Part shown: one piece after another, positions 25,408 to 41,431 of the stretch
Layout of the letters: each line of letters opens with the position of its first letter
Numbering within the stretch: position 1 is the first letter of the stretch
NCBI GenBank assembly: GCA_965112735.1
Contig: OZ218962.1
Coordinates: 372,001-436,000 of the forward strand
Length of the DNA: 64,000 nt
Direction: 5' to 3'
Source of the DNA: Phaeosaccion multiseriatum
Lineage: Eukaryota; Protista; Ochrophyta, other classes
Program-made: the position numbers and the translations under genes
Notes under the pieces: model-generated
Told to the model about the DNA's origin: nothing
Seen by the model: the letters and a program-made list of their open reading frames with translations, nothing else
The model's database searches: none

Positions 25408-26535
25408 CTACACCTCCGCCGGGGACGGGGGGGCCATGTCCGTCATCTTAGCGGCCGGGGAGGGTGTCAGTGCAGTCGCAGTGCTGCTCGCATTGCAGGG
25501 CGAGAGCTTCTCCTTTCCGCCGCGACCCGGAAACCTTCCGGGACTGCCTCCCCGCTGCGGCGTCGATGCCCTGTTGTGGGTACTACCACCCCTTGCGCCA
25601 GTCCTCTGGTTGCCCACATTGACGGCATAGTATATCACCGCGAGGTTTAGAGCGTTGCCAAGCACCTCTAGCGCATAGAAGGGGGTACCCTCGTTGGACT
25701 CCTTGCTCTTGAAGACAGCGAGTCCTGCGACGATGCCTGCGTACACGGTCGCCACAGTGGCGGCTCCAATCGCTCTGAACACAAGTGTCTTATACAGCTG
25801 CTGCCCCGGACCGCCATTCCCCGCACCTGGCGAGGTGATTTGCGTGACGAGCGGGTAGCAAAAGAGCATCGCCTGAACGACTTGGTTCAAGAGCGCAGCG
25901 ATCCACTTGAGGTCAAAGCTGCTGTCGTCGTAGGTAAATCGGCACCTCGGACCATCAAAAGAGCTCTCCAGCTTCCCCCTGCCCGTCGAGTGAAGGTTCA
26001 CGAGAGCAGCCCAATTGTATACCATACAGCCCATGCCTAAGAGTCGCCACCACTTCCACTCTCGGTTCGATCGGTTCGAGGCATCGGCTTTGAGAAAGAG
26101 GTGGAGATAAACGAGCGCATTCGACGTCCCCATGGCGGCACCATTCACAATCTGTAAGGTCCCACATGTCCAGCTCCCCGTCAGGCCCGAGAACCAGTAG
26201 TCGAGATCGATGATGCTGTATATCAGAGAGATCACCGCTGCGGCCAAGCCTAAGAGCGGAGGGGAGGAACGATGGAGGAGGGGGGGGAGGCACGACGTGA
26301 GTACACATGCCGTGGCTGTGGCAGCGTTTTACCGCTAAAGCTGGTCCAACGGGGCAGTGAGCCATGCACAGCAATTCTTTCGTAGTAAGGGGTTGATACC
26401 TGTGACGTTGATCGGAGCCTTGCCGAGACTGGTGCATCGGCTCCACCACTCTACGCCCGTCTGGGCACTGACCACCAGCACCGCTGTCAGGGCGAAGACC
26501 TCGAAGTAGTTCTCAAAGAGAGGGGAGGTCGTCAT
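25408..26535 (-). CDS. Predicted seven-transmembrane (GPCR-like) protein, ~325 aa. Exons 26535-26400 and 26249-25408
   Basis: A phase-1 GT-AG intron joins ...INVT-G-LAAAVISL. Seven hydrophobic segments are visible, with a Cys at the start of TM3 (WTCG) and another in the TM4-5 loop (PRCRF), plus a Ser/Pro/Thr-rich tail. Confidence 0.65.
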
Positions 26536-27063
26536 CCTTGCATGTGGTGCACCGCGCCTGCACGAGGGTAGCGGCCAGGTGGGAAGAAGTGAATAGAAAA
26601 CGAAACGCCACCGTAAAGTGCCATCTCGATGTTTTTTTTGGGGTGGTGATATGGTGTGATCGGTGGTGTGATACATTGATACATTGTGTTATCGCCCAAC
26701 GAGGTTTTTTTCTCTGGCGCCCAATAAGCAGAAGCCAGAGGCGGCCTGCGGCTCTAAAGCAAGAAGCCAGAAGCCAGGAGGGGCAGACGGCCTAGAAGCC
26801 AGAAGTCGGAGAAACCTAGCCTGGCTGGGGCCGAGGGTGGCGATGGCTGTGATTATACGCGTTCATTCTCTATACGTGCCGCAGATAAGCCCCTCATAAC
26901 CTGCGCCGACGCACGAGCTCTCTCGCGTCTTGTTGGCAGACTGGTGCGCCGAAAGTCAAGCTGAAGGTCAAGTACTTGGCCTGGCCACTCGCTCTTTTTC
27001 GAGATCGATGTCGACACTGGATATCGATCTCTATATCGCCGTTACATATCCGATCACTCCTAT

Positions 27064-27291
27064 TCGACCCCTGACACACTATCCGCTATCCGCTATCGCC
27101 GGCGCCAGCCGGCGCGCTATCCGCTATCGGCAGCGTTAGCCGGCTTTGGGGGGGGGGGGTTGTTGGGGCGTGCTATCCGCCAGCCGGCGCGCTATCCGCT
27201 ATCGGCCGGCGCCAGCCGGCACGCTATCCGCTATCGGCCGCGGCCGATAGCGCGCTATCGAGAATGTGGGCGATAGTGTGTCAGGGGTCGA
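27064..27291. mobile_element. MITE-like element, 228 bp, with perfect 20-bp terminal inverted repeats and a 6-bp target-site duplication
   Basis: Ends are TCGACCCCTGACACACTATC ... GATAGTGTGTCAGGGGTCGA. TCCTAT flanks both sides (27058-27063 and 27292-27297). The interior has GCTATCC subrepeats. Confidence 0.85.
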
Positions 27292-27724
27292 TCCTATGCT
27301 AACATGGTGTAGCTAATAAGACGCTTTCCCACAACCCGTGCAAGTAGCTACGACGCTAGTCTCCAGGCAGAGAGGGAGATATCCCAACACGACCAACAGA
27401 TCGTCCTCGTCGAATGCGCCAGGCAACCCATAGCTCTAGCTACAGGCAGTGTCTAGCTGCATGTTCGCGGTGGTGGCACAGCTTCACGGTCAGCTGAAGC
27501 ACGACGGGCGGGGCCCTGATTGGCGGTAGCTGCGACGGCGTGTATCATACGTACTGTAGCTATGCAGCCTCTGTTGGCCCAGCTCCCTAGCTAGCTCCAG
27601 CCGGCGAGCGAACGCTGGATGTGCAAAACCTGCCGAAGCGAGAGAGAGAAAGGCCTGAACTTTTCGCAGAGAGAGTGGCACAGATGGAGCGAGGAGAAGG
27701 GACAGGCCTCGCTCCAGCTATTCG

Positions 27725-27828
27725 TCGACCCCTGACGCACACACACGCACTATCGCCCACATTCTCGATAGCGGATAGCGGATCGGCTGGCGCCGGCGAT
27801 AGCGGGTAGCGGATAGTGCGTCAGGGGT
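27725..27828. mobile_element. Second, internally deleted copy of the same MITE family in the opposite orientation
   Basis: Ends are TCGACCCCTGACGCAC ... GATAGTGCGTCAGGGGT. The internal tatcgcccacattctcgatagc is the reverse complement of the right arm of the first copy. Confidence 0.75.
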
Positions 27829-28984
27829 GTTGTTTTTGTTGTTTCGATCATTCGCAGAGGCCTCCGACGGGGAGACATCCAACAAATTTCAGTTTGGGTT
27901 TTTTAGGTTGGGGGGGGGGGGGATATTCGATATTTGGATATTCGAATATTCGATGGCGAAATTCGCATACTCGCCTATCCCTGCCTGCCTCTCCCTGCCC
28001 GAGCGCGATGTGCGCCTCTCCCGCCCGAGGCTCAATATGCGACTCAATATGCGATCGTCAAGGTGTGTCAATATGAAAAAGGGGAGAGGGGAAAAGGCTC
28101 TGTTATCGTCATAAAACATGGTGGTAGGAGAGGCTCGGCTGTTAGGCCCCCCTCCCCAGAGCTTCCATTTGAATTTGTTCCCATGTCGCGAGCAATGAGA
28201 CACGGGAGTAGTCTAGTCGTTCACCAAAATTGCTTTATCAATTTAAATAAAAATACTTCTAAATAAATATCCAAGCCCCACTTTCGGATAATTCTGATGC
28301 TTTGTTCTTTTGGTTTTCTTTTCCTTCACCTAAATAATTCGCTGCCACTCTGTGGCATGCTGCTGCTTGGTGCCGGTCGCTGTCCTGCCCAAGCCCCTTG
28401 GATGTGGACTGAGTCATGCTTCTCCTCCCGTCTCCGACACCCTACTACGGCCAACAGCGGAGGGTGCGCGTCAAGTAGGAGACGAGACAAACGCACCAGG
28501 AGCAGGCCTCCCTCCTTTCGTCAGCGGCCGCATACCACCACCTCCTGTGGCGCTGCGCTCTGCTAACGCGCTCAGCTTCCCCGAGCGCCTGGCACCCCGT
28601 CTTCATCCGCCTCGGCCTGAAAGGGGCGTACTGCCGCTGCTGCTGCTGCTGTTGCCGCTGCTGCTCTGCTGATGATGAAGCGATGCTGCTGCTGCTGCTG
28701 CTGCTGCTGTTGCTACTGCTGCTGCTGCTGCCGCTGCTCGTCCTCCTCTCCCGCGGCTGCTTCTGCTGATAAAAGGGTCCGGCGAGCTGCGCCTTAAGGC
28801 CCTGCAGGCCCCACATCCACCGGATCACCAACTGCTCCATCAGCAGACACTATCCGTCAACCGCCTCCGCCACACGCACCCTCTCCCCAACGGAAGGCAG
28901 GAAATAAAAAAAAATATGGCTATGAACATACACTCAAGCATGTTGAGTGCCCCACTCTGTACTGCGTATTCACACGAAAGCGAC

Positions 28985-29962
28985 CTAGCTTGCGTCGCCG
29001 TCCTTCCTGAACACGAGGAAGCCCCACCGCAGAGAGTCAGTCTTGGCGGCGTCGACCCAGTGGCCCAGGCCTGTGAGCATGCTGGTCGCGAAGCCCTCTG
29101 AGACCCCGTCCATGGCTCCACTGCGTCGCTTGGCCAGCAAGGCCTCGTGGACGGCGGAGTAGTGCTCGGCCAAGTTGGCTGTGTGGTCTTCGAAGCGCAC
29201 AAAGCTCAGCCCGTTCTCCTTCGCGGCGGCCTTGTACGTGGCCGGAGAGCCGAGGTTCTCGAGCTGAATGCGCTGGAACACAGCGCCCAAGTCCTCCGCG
29301 CTTGCCGTGTCCGCCTGCATAATGTCTGAAAACACCATATACCCGCCGGGCTTGAGGATGCGGGCCGCCTCTGCGATGGCCTTGTGGCGCAGGGAGCCCG
29401 CATGCAGGAGGGCGTCCTGAGAAACCACCAAGTCGTGCGAAGCGGCGGGCTCCTCCGTGTCGAAGAAAGACAGCGGCTTGGGGCACAGCACCTTGTCGGA
29501 CAGGCCCGCGGCCCGGGTCAGCTCCCGCGCGTGCTTATTGTTCTGCTCGGACAGGTCCACACACAGCACAGTGCAGCCGTAGGTGGTGGCGGCATAGCGC
29601 GCCGTGCCCGCGTAGCCCGACCCCATGTCGCACATTCGGCTCTCCGAAGTGAGACCCCCCTGGCTGGTCTTGATCACTTCGAAGAGCCGCCGCATAGCCC
29701 GGTCGCTGGCCTCCTTTATCCTATCGTCGTTATCGCGGCTGCCGCCGAACTTCTTACGCTCCATGCCCTCGTACAGCCCCACGTGGATGGACTCTCCCCC
29801 CCATACTGTCTGATAGAATATGAAGGCGTCATCCGAGTCGTAATAGTTTTGCGCAACTTTGTTCAGCTCCTCCGCCGTTGTGGAGCTGGTAGTACTGCCG
29901 TTCGTGCTGGTCATACTACTTAGGTCGCAGCTGCTGCCATTAATACTGCTCGTCGTAGACAT
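28985..29962 (-). CDS. Intronless class I SAM-dependent methyltransferase of the sarcosine/dimethylglycine N-methyltransferase (SDMT)-like family, 325 aa
   Basis: SDMT-family motifs YYDSDDAFIFYQTVWGGESIHVGLY, motif I DMGSGYAGTARY, SQDALLH, LKPGGYMVFSDIMQ and C-terminal WGFLVFRK. The substrate cannot be determined from sequence alone. Confidence 0.88.
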   Translation of the reverse strand: MSTTSSINGSSCDLSSMTSTNGSTTSSTTAEELNKVAQNYYDSDDAFIFYQTVWGGESIHVGLYEGMERKKFGGSRDNDDRIKEASDRAMRRLFEVIKTSQGGLTSESRMCDMGSGYAGTARYAATTYGCTVLCVDLSEQNNKHARELTRAAGLSDKVLCPKPLSFFDTEEPAASHDLVVSQDALLHAGSLRHKAIAEAARILKPGGYMVFSDIMQADTASAEDLGAVFQRIQLENLGSPATYKAAAKENGLSFVRFEDHTANLAEHYSAVHEALLAKRRSGAMDGVSEGFATSMLTGLGHWVDAAKTDSLRWGFLVFRKDGDAS

Positions 29963-30461
29963 TGTTGTTGTTTCTTTGGGTGATGAAACGTGTCCAGGAC
30001 CTTCCTTTCAGCGGAAGCAGGAACGTGTCTATAAAAAAACCCAGATGCACTACCCTTTCTCTCGTTGTTTTCTTCCACGCTACTTCTTCTCCAGCGAATG
30101 ATGGCGGCGGCTTGTGGTGCGTTGTGTGTCTCGATATTTTTAATGATGTGTGTGCGTCCGCGCGGCGACGAGAGTAATGAATGGCGCCCTAAGCACTAAT
30201 AGCCCTTACGTAAGCTTATGCCGAATTTTAGGGGCGCTCGTGACCAGATCTCCACAAAGAACGGGCATATCATATCCGTAGAGAGAGAGTGCTGCTGTTA
30301 ACAAAGAGGAGAGGGGGGACGCACGCTCACGCTCAGGTGAGATTGCAGCAGCAGGACGAGGAAGCACCGTAAAGGAGCGAAGGAGCGCTTGCGAGAGAGA
30401 ATACAGTGAGGACGCTATCTACGCCACAGACAGAACATCACAGGCACAAACAAGAGTCACC
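29963..30461. promoter_or_regulatory. Candidate bidirectional promoter between the methyltransferase and MTHFR::SAHH
   Basis: The two divergent ATGs are 499 bp apart, and the palindrome CTTACGTAAG (30205-30214) sits at the midpoint. Confidence 0.5.
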
Positions 30462-37166
<6,705 letters not shown>

Positions 37167-37640
37167 AGCAGTTGGTCATACAGCGGTAGGGGCAGGGACA
37201 GTGTGACAGCAGCAGTTGGTGTGTTGGTGATACATCGGCAGCAGGAGTTGGTGCTAGCGCGCAGGCTGCTTGGAGGGTGTGGAGTGGAGGCAGTGCCATG
37301 CACTACCATCCCGTTGCAGCCCTCCTCCCTCCCACCCCTCCTCCGCTCCCGAAGCTCAGTCCCACCCATAAGACTTTGAATGTGCCCGTATGTGATGTGA
37401 TGGCCCTGCCCGAGAGCTTTCTCGTGCAGGATGGGGGAAAGAGGGTTTCCCGGGGGGGGGGGGGGGGGGCTGCCCCGAATCACAAGAGGGCTATAGAGGA
37501 CACACACACACACACACACTTACAGAGGGACGCGAGTCTGTGCCAAGTAATAGCGCTACAGCCGGACCACCGAACACTCGGAAAATCCTCAGCAGGACTA
37601 CCGAACATTCCTACCGTTATCATAGAATTTAGGTTTACTC

Positions 37641-37688
37641 GGGGGGCTAATGATAACCGTACGGTTATTAGCCGGTTATTAGCCCCCC
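37641..37688. repeat. Short nested inverted repeat or hairpin, possibly a MITE remnant
   Basis: GGGGGGCTAAT ... ATTAGCCCCCC encloses the palindrome ATAACCGTACGGTTAT. Confidence 0.6.
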
Positions 37689-38000
37689 TTGTTTGAATCA
37701 AAACACACTTATTTATAAAGTGAACAGCCAAGGGTCGCAGGCTTTATGAGTTGCCAAGGGCCTTCCCATATGCCTGCCTGCCTGCCTGCCTGCATTTTGC
37801 TTCTCCAAGTATTAAGGTTAATGCGGAGCGACCCCCCGCCATGTGCTTGTGAAACAAAGCCCAATGCTCTGTTTTACGGCTCCATGCCCTCAAAGTAGTG
37901 CCCATCTACAGTTGTAGTGCCATCTAGTGCCATCTAGTGCCATCTAGTGCCATCTAGTCCGTGTATAGGGCTGATCGAGAAGAGAGATTCAACTCTCCCC

Positions 38001-40667
38001 TCATTTCACTTTTGCCCCCAATTCCAAGTGTGAGGGGACGCAGGGAGCAGCACTTGGCGATGAAGCAGTTGGTGATACAGATACTGGCCTCGTCGTCGCT
38101 CTCGCTGCGTGCCTCTTCAAGATGCCCGCAGCAACTCTCGACCCGAGTGTCTGTGCCAGCCCCCTCAGCAGCCTGCTCTCCTCCCTCTCCTCCCTCTCCT
38201 CGCTCTCCTCCCTCTCCTCTCTCTCCTCCCTCTCCTCCCTCTGCGATGCCCGTCCCAGCGACCGGTGCCCATCCACTGCCATCCACTGCCCCGCCCTCCC
38301 CGTCCTCTTCCTCCCCAGCAGCCAGCGCACCTCCTCCAGTCTCACGCTATTCGAGGCCTTCACTGACTTAAAAAGCGAGCTGAAGAGCCTGGCGTTGAGC
38401 TGTTGCTCCAAGTGGCAAGGTGTGGGTATTGCGAGGACCCGCTGCCCCAGCACAAGTGCTTCGGTGCACATCTGAAAGCCCGCAGAGCATACCGTGGCCG
38501 ACGCCTCCCTCTGCAGGGTGCGGAATTGCACCAGGCTGGGCTGGTGGAACTCCACGTTGTTGGTGCCCGAATGATTGCTGCTGGTGCCGCGGGCGACGGC
38601 CGTACCACCAACTGCTGGAGCACTCTCGGTACTACTGCCCTCCTTGATGCACGTATTGCAAACCCTGCCCTTGGTGCCCCATGGCAGCGCTGCTGAGGCT
38701 GAGCAACGTACCGCCGCCGCTGCATCACCAACTGCTGCACTTACACTCACCCTCGCACTCACAGTCGCCGCTGCACCACCAACTGCTGCACCATTCGCTG
38801 CACTCCTCTTCGCGGTATCACCATCATCACCTCCTGCCCCCCCTTCGTCGACAGCGGGGGGGCGGTAGCTGCAGAAGACCGCGAATCTTGCATGCGGCAG
38901 GGCCTCGGCCACCGCCAGTAACGCATCAAGGTGAGCCATGGTTAGCAAGTAGCACAGCACCAAGGGCGGGGGGTGATTGCTGTTGCTGCTGCTCTGTAGT
39001 CTTCTTCTGCTGCTGCTCCTGCTGCTGCTCCTGCTCATGGCCTTGCACAGCGCTGCCGAGCGTGTCATCTCCTCCTCCTCCTCCTCATCCTCATCCTGCT
39101 CCTCATCCTTCTGCTTATGCTCCTGCTCAGTCTTCTCCTCGTCCTCGTCCTCCTCCTCGTCCTCCTCCTTCGCCTCCGCCTCCTTTCCACTGCCATCCTC
39201 CTCCTTCTCCTCGTGTTCTCCTCCCAGGAAGTGCTGTAGGCCCAGCGGCGGCAGGTACGCTACGCATGATGCACCTCCTGCTGCTCCTCCTCCTCCTCCT
39301 CCTCCTCCTCCTCCTCCTCCTCCTCCTGCTCCTCCTCCTCCCATCGCCCCCTCTCCCTGTGGAAAGAAGTCGGCGACTCTTGGAGAGATGGCCACTGGCC
39401 TCCACCGACCCTTTCCCTGCACGGAGTTGAGCACCACAAATGACAGTTTGGAGAACCAACGGGCCCACCTGGACTGCTGAGCCCACGCCAAGCTCTGCTC
39501 CTCAGGCTTGGGCAGGAGGAGGATGTCTGTCCAGGAGTACAGCAGTTGGTTCGCCACACAGTAAAAGGGCACTTGTGGTAGCGAGAAGGGAGGAAAAAGC
39601 TGCCCTAGACATGCCATGACAGGTTGGTAAAGATTGACCACAGTGTCCACCTTCTCGCGCTTCATCAGCAGCCGCAGCCTTACGTAATGGAGAGGGAGGG
39701 AGGCTACAGCCCTGGCGACGCGGTGAAGCACCACCCACCACGGCAAATGCCCACTGCGAGTGGTGAGCGAGACGCGGGGCACCTCAAACACCTTCAGTCG
39801 GTGCTCGAGTTGGTACTCCATCAGGAGGGGCGTCGCCAACAGCCTCTGCATGAGGGCATTACTACCACTGCCCCCTTTGCTGCTGCTGTGGCCGTTGGTG
39901 CCGCCCCGCCAATCGTCCGTCTTCTTCTTGTCGGCGTCGCCTGCACTACTTTCGATACGAACACCACATGTGGTATCTACAGAGGGCAGGCCACTGCCAC
40001 TCGAGGGAGGCGGTACAGTGGCCCAAGCACCAGGAGGGGGCGCATGATCCTCATCCGCACGCTCAAGTACCAGCACCAAGGTGGGTCCTAGAGCTCTCCC
40101 TTTCCCTCTCCCAGGCGAAGAAGCCCCTCTCTCGGTCTCCGTTCCACTCTTTCCCTCGCGTTGCCGCCGCCGCCGCCGCTGCCGCTGCCCACCTGGTTCT
40201 CCCTCACCCCCCCCTTCCTGCCGCGGTTCCCCACTACTGCTACAAGAAGCCACCCTCGTGCTCCTGTGGCAGGGAGAAGGAGCGCTGCGCAACGTCGATG
40301 TGGGGCTTTCCAGCGCAGCATACTGCGCGTCCTCAGCCCCGCCCCAGCCTTCAAGGCCGGGACACCCCCGCCCACCAAAGCTGCTCAAGATGGACACCAG
40401 GTGCTCCAGCTGGCGCACGTGCCCCCCTCCCTCACAGCATACTGCGATTAGCACGCTGCCTCCTCCCTTCTGCTCGTTCTCATCGGCAGCGTCTCCTCCT
40501 TTCCGCCTCCTTCGGTTCCGTCTCGGCGGTAGAGAGTAGTGGAAGAAGAAGACCTCCACAAACGCCAGGGCAAGCAGCGCTACGGCTCCCGCTCCACAAA
40601 CCCAGACGCTACTGGGTGCACTGGGCCACCACAAGCCATTGTCGCCGGGGTTGCTCCCAGCGTCCAT
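38001..40667 (-). CDS. Intronless membrane-anchored GT-B glycosyltransferase (MJ1255/VC2487-like, GT28-related), 888 aa, with long low-complexity insertions
   Basis: N-terminal TM segment, an N-domain motif VLIAVCCEGGGHVRQ, and a donor-binding motif VCSAGFQMCTEALVLGQRVLAIPTPCHLEQQLNA. Confidence 0.75.
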   Translation of the reverse strand: MDAGSNPGDNGLWWPSAPSSVWVCGAGAVALLALAFVEVFFFHYSLPPRRNRRRRKGGDAADENEQKGGGSVLIAVCCEGGGHVRQLEHLVSILSSFGGRGCPGLEGWGGAEDAQYAALESPTSTLRSAPSPCHRSTRVASCSSSGEPRQEGGGEGEPGGQRQRRRRRQREGKSGTETERGASSPGRGKGRALGPTLVLVLERADEDHAPPPGAWATVPPPSSGSGLPSVDTTCGVRIESSAGDADKKKTDDWRGGTNGHSSSKGGSGSNALMQRLLATPLLMEYQLEHRLKVFEVPRVSLTTRSGHLPWWVVLHRVARAVASLPLHYVRLRLLMKREKVDTVVNLYQPVMACLGQLFPPFSLPQVPFYCVANQLLYSWTDILLLPKPEEQSLAWAQQSRWARWFSKLSFVVLNSVQGKGRWRPVAISPRVADFFPQGEGAMGGGGAGGGGGGGGGGGGGGAAGGASCVAYLPPLGLQHFLGGEHEEKEEDGSGKEAEAKEEDEEEDEDEEKTEQEHKQKDEEQDEDEEEEEEMTRSAALCKAMSRSSSRSSSRRRLQSSSNSNHPPPLVLCYLLTMAHLDALLAVAEALPHARFAVFCSYRPPAVDEGGAGGDDGDTAKRSAANGAAVGGAAATVSARVSVSAAVGDAAAAVRCSASAALPWGTKGRVCNTCIKEGSSTESAPAVGGTAVARGTSSNHSGTNNVEFHQPSLVQFRTLQREASATVCSAGFQMCTEALVLGQRVLAIPTPCHLEQQLNARLFSSLFKSVKASNSVRLEEVRWLLGRKRTGRAGQWMAVDGHRSLGRASQREEREEREEREESEEREEREESRLLRGLAQTLGSRVAAGILKRHAARATTRPVSVSPTASSPSAAPCVPSHLELGAKVK

Positions 40668-41431
40668 GCTTCAACGCCAGTGCTGACTTTCCTATCTCTT
40701 AACCTCACGATAAATGCTGGTGCTGACTTTCTTCTCTCTTAACATCCCGATAATGCTGCAAGAGGGCCCATCTTTGGAGGCCCCCCTTTTCGTGTTCGAA
40801 ACTCTCTGCCTCTGTGTGTTACTGGATGCGCGCTACGACCAGCGCGAGGTGGTACGTCTTCGAGACCTCCCTCCACGCAAGAGCCCGTAGCAGCCGCAGG
40901 AGCCGCCTTTAAACACGCGAGGAGGAGTTGGAACAGTTTTGGCTCACATGTTGGTGCGCGATCGTCGCCATTTCTACCCCCCCGGGTTTGACCCCTCACC
41001 CTTTAACAAGGAGGATTTTATTTCCCCAGGAAGAGCAGCGTGCTTTGCCGCAGAGGAGAGACAAGACACGTGCAGGTGAGGGAGATGCTCCAGCGCGGCT
41101 TTCTCACCGACAGCTTTTCCAAACTTTGCTCCATGCCGAAGTGTCGTTATTTCCTTCAAGAAGGGGGAATTTTCACCCCATCTACACCGCGTCTCACCAC
41201 TCACAGCTCCACGGCTCCACGGTCCCACCTCTCCTCCTTGATCTTTTGTGAGCGATAGCGCGCGCTCCTATGGTCGCACCCCCCCCCCCCTCCCCACACC
41301 TTACGCTCTGCCCTTTCTTCCCCCCGATCTCTCCCCTCAACGTACTTACAGGCACACACCGGCTCTGTTGACGCAAGAGGGTGAGGCGCTGGCTGTAGCC
41401 TACCCTTTAAGCTGACGTACGAGCGGCGGCC

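Noticed and set aside
28445-28840. Poly-S/poly-Q ORF downstream of the methyltransferase
   Set aside because: It is explained by a (CTG)n tract and is probably 3' UTR or intergenic.
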